From Dehalococcoidia bacterium (GTDB taxonomy: Bacteria; Chloroflexota; Dehalococcoidia; Lucifugimonadales; VXLM01): a stretch of 64,000 bases of DNA. The stretch spans positions 1,306,362 through 1,370,361 of the forward strand of contig OY763089.1 in the NCBI GenBank assembly GCA_963667105.2, in the 5' to 3' direction. A program made the position numbers and the translations under genes. A model generated the notes under the pieces. It made no database searches and was not told the DNA's origin. It was given only the letters and a program-made list of their open reading frames with translations. Of the stretch, positions 56,308 through 64,000 are shown piece after piece. Positions within the stretch are counted from its first letter, which is position 1, and each line of letters starts with the position of its first letter.

Positions 56308-57399
56308 TCAGGCCCCGTACTTGTCGCGCAGCAGCGCGGCCCCGCGACCGAGGGCGCTAAGCTTCAGGTAGGCCTCATCGAAGTCCATGGGGTTGACGCT
56401 GGAGGGAGAGAAGCCGCAGTCGGGATTGAGGGTGAGGCGCTCCTTCGGCACGTATTCCATCGCCGCCTCCGTCCGGGCGACGACTTCCTCCGGGGTCTCG
56501 ATATGCGGATCGGTGTGGTCTATCACGCCCAGACCGAGCGTCTTGTCCTTCGGGAAGTCCTTGAGAACGCCAATCCCACCGGCGTCGGGGGTGGCAAGCT
56601 CCATGGCGAACCGATCAACGTTCATATCGCCGAGCGCGCCGATGATGAGGTCGTAGGGGCCTTTCGTGCCGTGCTGCCGGTTAAAGTGCGCGTGGCAGAA
56701 GTGAACGCTCAAGGGCATGTCTTCAAGACCTGCGGCGGCGCGATTCATGGACGTGACGGTCAACTCTATCTCGTGGTCGATGTCGGTTATGCCCTCGTTC
56801 TCTCGGTAGTCGGGATCGACGAGAAGGCCAAGCCACGGGTCATCGATCTGGATCATGTCCACGCCGAGAGCCACGAGACGGAGCAGTTCCTCGTTGATGA
56901 TGGGAATGCAGGCCTCGACGAACTCCTCGCGAGTAGGGTACGCCCCGGTCGAGTGGTCTGCGCTCCACATGCGGCGACCGACCGTGTAGGGAGAAGGTAT
57001 TGCGACGATGATCTTCGAGTCGGTGTGCTTGCGCATGAACTCGACCTCGCCCGCAGCCATCGAACGTCGTGTCGAAATCTTGGAGGTCACTGCGGGGTAC
57101 ATCAGGTGCGTGAAGGACGACGTGCCACCCGACGAGACGAGGTCGTTGGTGAAGCCGTCGACGGCCTCGGTGAAGACCTTGACGTAGCTCTCGCGCCTCC
57201 ACTCACCGTCCGAGATGTAATCCACGCCCGCCCGTTCCTGCATTCGGATGGCCGACGGCACCACGTCGTCGAGGAGCCTGTCCGCCTCTTCCTCAGTGAT
57301 GCGTCCCGCCTTGCGGTCCTCGATGAGGTCTCGCACCCATTGCGGTCGCGGGAGGCTTCCGACGACGAAGGTCGGAAAGAGGGGGTCGGATGGGTTCAT
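56308..57399 (-). CDS. Cobalamin-independent methionine synthase-like protein (MetE C-terminal domain family, Meth_synt_2)
   Basis: The pattern VVGSLPRPQW..., DGEWRRESY, and Zn-ligand-like regions (HFCHAHF, PDCGF), with a 363-aa single-domain length. Confidence 0.7.
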   Translation of the reverse strand: MNPSDPLFPTFVVGSLPRPQWVRDLIEDRKAGRITEEEADRLLDDVVPSAIRMQERAGVDYISDGEWRRESYVKVFTEAVDGFTNDLVSSGGTSSFTHLMYPAVTSKISTRRSMAAGEVEFMRKHTDSKIIVAIPSPYTVGRRMWSADHSTGAYPTREEFVEACIPIINEELLRLVALGVDMIQIDDPWLGLLVDPDYRENEGITDIDHEIELTVTSMNRAAAGLEDMPLSVHFCHAHFNRQHGTKGPYDLIIGALGDMNVDRFAMELATPDAGGIGVLKDFPKDKTLGLGVIDHTDPHIETPEEVVARTEAAMEYVPKERLTLNPDCGFSPSSVNPMDFDEAYLKLSALGRGAALLRDKYGA

Positions 57400-57432
57400 G
57401 GACGGCTGATCTCCATGAGTGGAGTGGGCCTC

Positions 57433-57460
57433 ATTGTAGCTTGGGACGTTGGGGTGTCAA
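57433..57460 (-). promoter_or_regulatory. Sigma70-like promoter TTGACA-N16-TACAAT
   Basis: On the minus strand, TTGACA is at 57460..57455 and TACAAT at 57438..57433, about 34 nt upstream of the metE-like start. Confidence 0.5.
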
Positions 57461-57494
57461 GGGATTCGGGAATGACGGGAAATGCCAACACCGC

Positions 57495-58370
57495 CTAGAT
57501 GACCTTGTTGAGCGGATACTCGATGATGTCCTCGGCTCCGGCGTTGAGGAGCTTCGGCGCGAGGTCGCGAACGACGGCGGGGCTCACGACCGTCTCCACC
57601 GAGAACCAGTCGGTGTTGTAGAGCCGGGCCACAGTCGGCGCCTTCATGCTGGGCAGCACATCGACGATATCCTCGATCTTCTCCTGGGGGACATTCATCT
57701 TGAGGCCGACGAGCTTTTCGCCCTGGAGCGCGCCGTTGAGGAGAAGGCCGATCTGCTCGATCTTCGCCCTCTTCACGGGGTCTCGCCACGCCGCGTGGTT
57801 GGCGATAAGCTGCGGCGCCGTCTCCATCAGGTCGTGAATGATCGTCAGTCCGTGCGCGCGAATCGTGCTCCCCGTCTCCGTCACCTCGACGATGGCGTCG
57901 GCGAGCCCCGAAACAACCTTTGCCTCCGTCGCGCCCCACGAGAACTCGACTTCGACGTTGATGTCCCTCTCGGCGAAGTAGCGCCTGGTGTACATGACCA
58001 GCTCTGTCGCTATGGTCTTGCCTTCGAGGTCTTCGAGGCGCTTGATCCCGGAGTCGTACGGAACGGCGAGCACCCACCTTGCCGGACGGGCGCTGACCTT
58101 CGAGTAGACCAGATCGGTGACGACGTGAACGTCCGAGGAGGTCTCGGCGATCCAGTCCTTGCCGGTGATGCCGGCCTCGAGGGGGCCGTGCTCGACGTAC
58201 CTTGCCATCTCCTGTGCGCGGGCGATGGAGCACTCGATCTCATCGTCGTCGATCTGCGGGAAGTAGTTCCGCGAGCTGATGTCGATCTGCCACCCCGCCC
58301 TGTGGAATAGACCTACCGTGGCGTCCTGGAGACTTCCCTTCGGAATACCGAGCTTCAATGGTCCTGACAC
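57495..58370 (-). CDS. hisG: ATP phosphoribosyltransferase (long form)
   Basis: [23 protein letters not shown] and a C-terminal regulatory domain are present. Length is 291 aa. Confidence 0.88.
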   Translation of the reverse strand: MSGPLKLGIPKGSLQDATVGLFHRAGWQIDISSRNYFPQIDDDEIECSIARAQEMARYVEHGPLEAGITGKDWIAETSSDVHVVTDLVYSKVSARPARWVLAVPYDSGIKRLEDLEGKTIATELVMYTRRYFAERDINVEVEFSWGATEAKVVSGLADAIVEVTETGSTIRAHGLTIIHDLMETAPQLIANHAAWRDPVKRAKIEQIGLLLNGALQGEKLVGLKMNVPQEKIEDIVDVLPSMKAPTVARLYNTDWFSVETVVSPAVVRDLAPKLLNAGAEDIIEYPLNKVI

Positions 58371-58478
58371 GCTGACAACAACTCCTCCAACAGTATTGAG
58401 GGCGCCCCTCGTGACGCCCCTGAAAACGACATAACCAGTCTACCAGATTCCCGAAGCCGTGAAGGAGAATTTAGCATA

Positions 58479-58516
58479 CCCCCTCTCCCGTTCGCGGGAG
58501 AGGGCTGGGGTGAGGG
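58479..58516. repeat. REP-like hairpin family A, inverted copy
   Basis: The reverse complement is identical to 31923..31960. Confidence 0.8.
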
Positions 58517-58608
58517 TGAAGCGTCTAGTTCCCAAACCCCCATACAGGAGCAGTTCACGTTGACAGTCTTGGATTCCCACAACTAAACTCCAAACCCACT
58601 AATCGGAC

Positions 58609-59751
58609 ATGGAGACCGTACCTATGGACAACATCGGCGTATACGAAAGACTCGGCGTGCGGCGCATCATCAACGCGTGGGGCGTGTCTACGGAGCTTGG
58701 CGGATGGGCCTGCACCGAAAACGTGACGAGGGCCATGGAGGAGGCCAACCGGAGTCCTGTCGAGATGCGCGAGCTTCTGCAGAAGTCGGGCGACTTCATC
58801 GCCGACCTGCTGGGAGTCGAGGCCGCCCTCGTCACTTCGGGCGCAGCCGCGGCCCAGGCCCTCAGCGCGGCCGCATGCATGGCGGGCGCCGACCCCGACA
58901 GGATCGGCCAACTCCCCAACACCGACGGCATGAAGAACGAGATCGTCATCCAGAAGCGCAACCGCTACATGTTCGACCGGTGCTACACCGTCACCGGCGC
59001 GACCCTCGTGGAGGCCGGGGATGACGACGGGACCACCGAAGACGACCTGAACGCCGCCATAGGGCCCAACACTGCCGCCGTGGCCTACTACATCCAGCCG
59101 CCCTTCGACGACGCCATCGTATCGCTGGACGACACCGTCGCCCTGGCGCGCTCGCGGGGAGTGGTCGCCCTCGCCGACGCATGCTCACAGATATACCCAC
59201 TCGACTATTTTCGCAAGTGTGCACAGTCCGCCGACCTCGTCACCGTCGGGGCCAAGTACATAGGAGCACCCCACTCCGCGGGATTCGTGTGCGGAAAGCG
59301 CGACCTGATCGAAGCCGTGTCGGCACAGAGCTTCGTCTCCTACCACTACGACGGCGGAAATGCCATCGGACGCCCTATGAAGATCGACCGCCACGAGATT
59401 ATCGGCGTCGTCACCACCCTCGAGGACTGGTTCACGATGGACCACGAAGAACGCTTCTTGGAATACGATTCGCGGTTCGCCGTCATCGACGACGCGCTCC
59501 GAGACATCGACGGCGTGAGCACCCGGCTGGTCGATATTCCCTACTACATACCGCAGGTGATGTACATCGACCTCGATGAGTCGGTGGTCGGCAAGACCGC
59601 CGACGATATCCACGCCGAGCTCGACGCCGGCACTCCTCGCATCTGGGTAGGGTCAGTGGACGGCTCCCTCACCGTCGTCGCCAACTGCATGACCGACGAG
59701 GAGGCGGCATTCGTGGCGGAGCGCCTGCGGGACGTGTTGGGAGGTAGCTAG
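58609..59751 (+). CDS. SelA-like / DgaE-like PLP-dependent enzyme (no SelA N-terminal domain)
   Basis: The pattern RRIINAWG..T.LGG, and VGAKYIGAPHSAGFVCGKRDLI with the PLP-lysine context, resemble the SelA-related aminotransferase/lyase family. Length is 380 aa. Confidence 0.6.
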   Translation: METVPMDNIGVYERLGVRRIINAWGVSTELGGWACTENVTRAMEEANRSPVEMRELLQKSGDFIADLLGVEAALVTSGAAAAQALSAAACMAGADPDRIGQLPNTDGMKNEIVIQKRNRYMFDRCYTVTGATLVEAGDDDGTTEDDLNAAIGPNTAAVAYYIQPPFDDAIVSLDDTVALARSRGVVALADACSQIYPLDYFRKCAQSADLVTVGAKYIGAPHSAGFVCGKRDLIEAVSAQSFVSYHYDGGNAIGRPMKIDRHEIIGVVTTLEDWFTMDHEERFLEYDSRFAVIDDALRDIDGVSTRLVDIPYYIPQVMYIDLDESVVGKTADDIHAELDAGTPRIWVGSVDGSLTVVANCMTDEEAAFVAERLRDVLGGS

Positions 59752-59758
59752 CATACCC

Positions 59759-61321
59759 ATGAGACGCCAACGAACCGTCTACTTCAACGACGCGCGGCAC
59801 TTCTACCTGTTCGTGTTCGAGCCGCCGATGAGGATGGAGGACCTGTGGCGGCCCGTCGACGAGGTGGCGGGCACGGGCGTGGACACGCTGGTGTACGGGG
59901 TCGCGAGAGCGGACGGGCTGTTCTACCCGTCGAGGGCGGGCAAGTCGTTCCGATCCGACGTTGACGAGATCGACAACGCGATCTACTGGAAGGTGCGGCA
60001 CAACATTCTGTCGCTGGAGGAGCGGGGCGTGGACATCCTGCAGGCGCTGGCAGACCGCGCACACGAGCGGGGCATGGAGTTCTTCGTCAGCTTCAGGATG
60101 GGCACCTACGAGGGAGTGGGCAGCCCCGAGGCTGACCCGGCCGAGGGAGGCAGGGGCCTTGCCGATGCGGGCGCGCGGGAGAACCAGCTTCGCGTCTTTG
60201 AGGAGATCGTCACGCAGTACGACCTAGAGGGCATCGAGCTCGACTTCGGCGCGAGTCCGGGCGGGATGCCGCCCGTGCTGCTCGATGAGGACGTCGCAGA
60301 GTACGCGCCTGTCCTGACCGAGCACGTGCGGCGCATCGCCGAGATGACCCGGGACGCGGGCATGGAGGTGGGGGTGCGCGTGCCGTGCATCGAGGAGGTG
60401 TGCGACGCGCAGGGGTTCAAGGTTCGGACGTGGCTGAAGGACGGGCTGATCGACTACGTCACGCCCATGATGTACGCCAACCTGCGGCTCGACCCGCAGA
60501 TGCCGATGGAGTGGGCCATCGAGGCGGCGCACGAGGTGGACGTGCCGGTCTACGGGATGCTCCAGCCGTTCGTGGAAGTGGGCTATCCCGGTCATCAGTA
60601 CGACGAGCACTACACCCCGGAGATGATGCGCGCGGCGGTATCCAACTACCTCGCGAAGGGTGCCGACGGCGTGTATGCCTGGTTCCTCGACTGGCCGCTC
60701 GGAGCGACGGAGCGGAACATGCTCACCGAGATGGCGAACCCCGACCTGATGGTCGAGGCGAATAAGCAGTACCGCCTGTCGCGCCGGACCGAGCCGGCCG
60801 CGAGGCTGGGCTACGACACGACGCTGCCCTTGGAGATACCGGAGGTCGAGCCGGGTCGGAGATACCCGATTCCGGTCTACATCGCGGACGACATCCAGGG
60901 CAAGGCCGACCGCATCAAAACCGTCACGCTGCGGATGCGCGTCGGCAACACCGTGACGGCGGACCGCATATCCGTCCGGCTCAACGGAGAGTCACTCGAA
61001 GGCGAATCCGTGAGCCGAGACACGGGCGCATACGTCCGCATCCCCGTCTCCCCACACCGCATCGAGCACTACAGCGCACAGTGGATCGAGATCGCGCTGT
61101 CATCCGTGCGCCCGAGACGGGGCGAGAACGTGGTGGAGGTGTCTCTGGAGGGCCGTCCAGCGGGCCTCGTCGGGGGTATCACGATCGACGATCTGGAGAT
61201 CGTGGTGGAGTACGGAGTGTACAAGGTGAGTATACAGCGTGAACACTCAAGCCGTGTAGGGTACATAAAAAGAAAGGCCACCCTCAAAACTTGGGGCAGC
61301 CTTTCAAGTGATGCCGTCTAG
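59759..61321 (+). CDS. Hypothetical protein, glycoside-hydrolase-like TIM-barrel plus C-terminal beta-sandwich (function unknown)
   Basis: A 520-aa ORF 8 nt after the SelA-like gene. Alternating beta/alpha pattern with EGIELDF and DYVTPMMY segments. The assignment is only by general resemblance. Confidence 0.4.
   Translation: MRRQRTVYFNDARHFYLFVFEPPMRMEDLWRPVDEVAGTGVDTLVYGVARADGLFYPSRAGKSFRSDVDEIDNAIYWKVRHNILSLEERGVDILQALADRAHERGMEFFVSFRMGTYEGVGSPEADPAEGGRGLADAGARENQLRVFEEIVTQYDLEGIELDFGASPGGMPPVLLDEDVAEYAPVLTEHVRRIAEMTRDAGMEVGVRVPCIEEVCDAQGFKVRTWLKDGLIDYVTPMMYANLRLDPQMPMEWAIEAAHEVDVPVYGMLQPFVEVGYPGHQYDEHYTPEMMRAAVSNYLAKGADGVYAWFLDWPLGATERNMLTEMANPDLMVEANKQYRLSRRTEPAARLGYDTTLPLEIPEVEPGRRYPIPVYIADDIQGKADRIKTVTLRMRVGNTVTADRISVRLNGESLEGESVSRDTGAYVRIPVSPHRIEHYSAQWIEIALSSVRPRRGENVVEVSLEGRPAGLVGGITIDDLEIVVEYGVYKVSIQREHSSRVGYIKRKATLKTWGSLSSDAV
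61262..61304 (-). terminator. Intrinsic terminator for the tRNA-Val / oxidoreductase transcript
   Basis: The minus strand reads AAAGGCUGCCCC-loop-GGGUGGCCUUU followed by CUUUUUAU (tail 61272..61262). It overlaps the last codons of the convergent plus-strand gene. Confidence 0.55.
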
Positions 61322-61392
61322 CCCGGATGGACAGACTCGCGCACCATTCACGACACCTACATGGTAGCGTTTGGACGTATTCCCGTCAAGAG

Positions 61393-61467
61393 CGCCCCAG
61401 ACGGGATTCGAACCCGCGACCTACACCGTCGTGAATGGTGTGCTCTGTCCAACTGAGCTACTGGGGC
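61393..61467 (-). tRNA. tRNA-Val (anticodon CAC)
   Basis: Hand-folded cloverleaf. The acceptor stem is GCCCCAG/CTGGGGC. The D arm is GCTC-AGTTGGACA-GAGC. The anticodon loop is TTCACGA. The T arm is GCGGG-TTCGAAT-CCCGT. No CCA is encoded. Irregularities are an A31-C39 mismatch and a 6-nt variable region, possibly another indel. Confidence 0.75.
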
Positions 61468-61529
61468 GAGCGCCATTGTAGCAGTGTCGAGTTGATGGTG
61501 TAGTCTCTCTCTATGAGAAATCGACGGAC

Positions 61530-62669
61530 TCAAGTGCTCTGCCTCTGCCCCCGCGTGAACCTCGCGATCTCCTTGGCGTAGGCCGCGCGGCCGTAGACCT
61601 CTTTCTTGTTGTACATGCGGCTGGGGTGAGGGATGAGGCGCAGGCTCCGGTCTTCGAGCGGGAGCTTGACGGGGACGTGTCCTCTTCTGTGGGACTCACG
61701 GATGGCGATGGCCATTTCGAGGACCTTCCTCCCGTTGTCGCCGTTGCCTCGAGGCTCTATGTCATGGTCGAGAGCGTCGATCATGGACTGCGCGGTTGCA
61801 CGCTGACGGTTGCCGGGGTCCTCCCAGCCCTCCTCGTCGATTTGGCCGAAGCCTCCGTGTACGCCCTCATCGTCGGAGAACGGGCTGATTACCTCCGTCG
61901 CGTTCATGAGCGTCGGTCGGGACTCGTCGAGGTCGTGGGTGTACATGCGGACGGTCATGTTGTCGCTGGTGAACCGGCCGCGCTCGCAGAGCACCTCGAA
62001 GCCGTAGCGGCCGGTGTCGCGGCGGTGGAGGAACGCCTCGACGCCATTGACGAACTTGATGTAGCCCGCGCCTCCCTGGTCGTACTCGCTCCAAGGATCG
62101 GTCGCGACCCACCCCGTTATCCAGTCGACCTCGGCATCGTCGGCGAAGAGACGAGCCAGGCCGAAGATCTGGCAGCCGCCGCCGGAGAGCTGCGTGCCAC
62201 TCCCCTGGAAGAAGCTGATGCTCCGCACCGCGCCGACCTCCCCTGCCGCGATCCTGTCCTTCGCCTCCCAGTAGTAGTGGTGGTTGCGTTCGAGGTCGCC
62301 GCAGCCGAACTTGATGCCCCGCTCACGACAGGCGTCGACCATCTCGTCGGCGTCCGATAGCCGCGCGGCGAGAGGCTTTTCGGTACAGATGGCGGGCACA
62401 CCGTGCCTTACGGTATCCAACACGACCTCACGGTTGGCGATGACCGGAAGGACGGCCAGGACGATATCGACGTTCTCCTTGCGGAGCATCTCGTTGTAGT
62501 CGGCATAACCGGGCACGCCGAACCGCTTGGTGAAGATATCGAGGTTTTCGGGGTCGGGGTCGGCTCCGGCAACCACGACGGATCGCTGGTTCAGGTTGTA
62601 GGCACGCGCGTGCTCTGTGCCCTTCCTGCCGCACCCGATTGCGGCGACGCGGTAAACCTTGTCGGTCAT
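61530..62669 (-). CDS. Gfo/Idh/MocA-family oxidoreductase (paralog 3, intact)
   Basis: ATG 62669 (MTDKVYRVAAIGCGRKG) follows GGGAGG. The gene is full-length and colinear with the two disrupted paralogs, including the C-terminal LEMAIAIRESHRRGH..PLEDRS. Confidence 0.85.
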   Translation of the reverse strand: MTDKVYRVAAIGCGRKGTEHARAYNLNQRSVVVAGADPDPENLDIFTKRFGVPGYADYNEMLRKENVDIVLAVLPVIANREVVLDTVRHGVPAICTEKPLAARLSDADEMVDACRERGIKFGCGDLERNHHYYWEAKDRIAAGEVGAVRSISFFQGSGTQLSGGGCQIFGLARLFADDAEVDWITGWVATDPWSEYDQGGAGYIKFVNGVEAFLHRRDTGRYGFEVLCERGRFTSDNMTVRMYTHDLDESRPTLMNATEVISPFSDDEGVHGGFGQIDEEGWEDPGNRQRATAQSMIDALDHDIEPRGNGDNGRKVLEMAIAIRESHRRGHVPVKLPLEDRSLRLIPHPSRMYNKKEVYGRAAYAKEIARFTRGQRQST

Positions 62670-62736
62670 GGTGCTGCCTCCCGGGGTCACAGTCTACGTG
62701 ACCGGGAGGGAAAGCGCATCAGGGAGCAAGATTCGA

Positions 62737-63561
62737 TCATACGAGAACCCTGTCGTCGGAGGTGAGCCGGAGGAGACCGTCATCGATAAGAGCATCCAGG
62801 ACATCCTGAGGGGTGTACGGGTGATCCCCTGCTGCCAGTCGCTGCGCGAGAAAGTCCTTAAGCTCGGCATGTGACAAGGATGTGTTTTCTTGAGCGAGTA
62901 CGTGACGGAGCGCCTGCGTGCGAAAGGAACGGAACGACCCCTCGAAGGCGCTCTGGCGTGAGTAGTGCCTGCTGCGACGGTTGATCGTCCTGTCGCGGAG
63001 TTCGATCGCTCCGTAGTCGAACAGAGCATAGCCCCACTCGCGCGGGTCTTCGGTCCACACGGCCCTGCGGGCGATCTCCATGATGCGACTGTCGGGAACG
63101 TCATCCTCGCCGGGAAAGAAGAAGAACAGGTAGACACGACGGATGTTGGTGTCGAGGAAGGGCTCGGCGCTCCCGAACGCGAAGCAGGCCAGAGCGCCCG
63201 CGGTGTATGGACCGATGCCGGGAAGTGTCATCAGCTTCGCAGGGTCGCGTGGGAATTCGCTGTCGAACTCGTTGACGATCATTCGGGCGGCGTCCCGAAG
63301 GCGCAACGCACGGTTCCAGTAGCCGAGTCCCTGCCACGTCCGAAGGAGGTTCGACTGGGAGGCGGCGGCGAGTGCCTCCGGCGTGGGGAACTCGCAGAGA
63401 AATTCTTCGTATTTGGGAAGGACGCGGGAGACCTGCGTCTGCTGAAGCATGACCTCGGAGACCAGAATCTTGTATGGATCGCGGGTGTTGCGCCAAGGCA
63501 TGTCCCTGCGGTTGTGGCGACCCCAGTCGAGGATAAGGCGTTGGAAGTCGGAGATTTCCAT
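62737..63561 (-). CDS. MutY-like HhH-GPD DNA glycosylase lacking the 4Fe-4S cysteine loop and the NUDIX-like domain
   Basis: PWRNTRDPYKILVSEVMLQQTQV holds the catalytic Glu context. LPGIGPYTAGA is the HhH motif. LDTNIRRV holds the catalytic Asp context. No Cys-x6-Cys-x2-Cys-x5-Cys follows. Confidence 0.75.
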   Translation of the reverse strand: MEISDFQRLILDWGRHNRRDMPWRNTRDPYKILVSEVMLQQTQVSRVLPKYEEFLCEFPTPEALAAASQSNLLRTWQGLGYWNRALRLRDAARMIVNEFDSEFPRDPAKLMTLPGIGPYTAGALACFAFGSAEPFLDTNIRRVYLFFFFPGEDDVPDSRIMEIARRAVWTEDPREWGYALFDYGAIELRDRTINRRSRHYSRQSAFEGSFRSFRTQALRHVLAQENTSLSHAELKDFLAQRLAAGDHPYTPQDVLDALIDDGLLRLTSDDRVLV

Positions 63562-63713
63562 GGGAGTTACACCCTAGCGGGTAGCCGTGACGAGTGACAA
63601 GAGTACACTCCGCGAAACAGTCCCCTCGGAAAGGCGCTCTGTGCCTCTCTTTGAATCGTTATGGTATAGTGCCTCCGTGACCTTCGCGAGGAGAATCTCG
63701 TAGGGAGCGTGAG

Positions 63714-63980
63714 ATGGCAACCGTTTTCGTTCCTCCGCTGATGCAAAAGCTGACCGGCGGTCAGGCTACCGTCGAGGTGCCCGGCAAGACGGTTCGTGAG
63801 GTCGTCAAGAACCTTGAGGCGGCCCACCCCGGCACGCAGGCACGCCTCGTGGACGGCTTCAAGCTCAAGCCCAACATCACCGTTGCGGTCGACGGGGAGG
63901 TCACGCCCATCGGGATGCTCCAAAAGGTGGGCGAAGACAGCGAGGTGCACTTCCTCCCCGCCATCGGCGGCGGGTCGTAG
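63714..63980 (+). CDS. MoaD/ThiS-family ubiquitin-like sulfur-carrier protein
   Basis: 88 aa with a beta-grasp pattern (VAVDGEV......SEVHFLPAIGGG) and the C-terminus ...AIGGGS. Confidence 0.7.
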   Translation: MATVFVPPLMQKLTGGQATVEVPGKTVREVVKNLEAAHPGTQARLVDGFKLKPNITVAVDGEVTPIGMLQKVGEDSEVHFLPAIGGGS

Positions 63981-64000
63981 TCGCACGGCTGCCCTGCCCT

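Noticed and set aside
58609-59751. A SelA-like gene, considered as evidence for selenocysteine machinery supporting the TGA read-through at 30167.
   Set aside because: It lacks the SelA N-terminal tRNA-binding domain and resembles the SelA-related DgaE-type PLP enzymes. It cannot be taken as selenocysteine synthase without a profile search.

Overview
A gene-dense, high-GC bacterial chromosomal segment (over 60% GC by eye, not computed), coding on both strands. Most genes encode soluble catabolic enzymes, often as paralog sets: four DapA/DHDPS-family aldolases, three Gfo/Idh/MocA oxidoreductases, an enolase-superfamily enzyme, Ldh2-family and D-2-hydroxyacid dehydrogenases, an FAD oxidase, an Asp/Glu-type racemase, an amidase, AKR, SDR, PhyH, HpcH aldolase, a class-V aminotransferase, and a sulfatase-family enzyme plus FGE. 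Housekeeping genes are ilvD, rsmG, purN, hisG, cinA, a metE-like gene and tRNA-Val. This content, together with short GC-rich hairpin repeats in intergenic gaps, resembles uncultured marine Chloroflexota-type genomes; that is inference only. Lower-GC islets hold accessory genes:
- a split OLD/PARIS-like ATPase plus Toprim-like pair at the left edge;
- a large MrfA/YprA-like DEAH helicase;
- an overlapping PD-(D/E)xK plus PIN-like two-gene cassette, which is my best candidate for an undescribed system;
- a type IIG-like nuclease-methyltransferase fusion;
- ParE/RelE-type and HicAB toxin-antitoxin pairs;
- an AAA_14/DUF4143 ATPase.

Other points of note:
- an in-frame TGA at the CxxC cysteine of a thioredoxin-fold lipoprotein, followed by a SECIS-like hairpin (candidate selenoprotein);
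- a TPP riboswitch controlling a sodium:solute symporter;
- a Fur-family regulator plus NiCoT transporter behind a TTGCAA-type palindromic operator;
- an HtrA-like protease fused to RCC1 repeats.

Caveat: at least 14 single-base frame disruptions, several of them in short homopolymer runs, break about 10 otherwise convincing genes. I cannot tell sequencing or assembly error from real pseudogenes.
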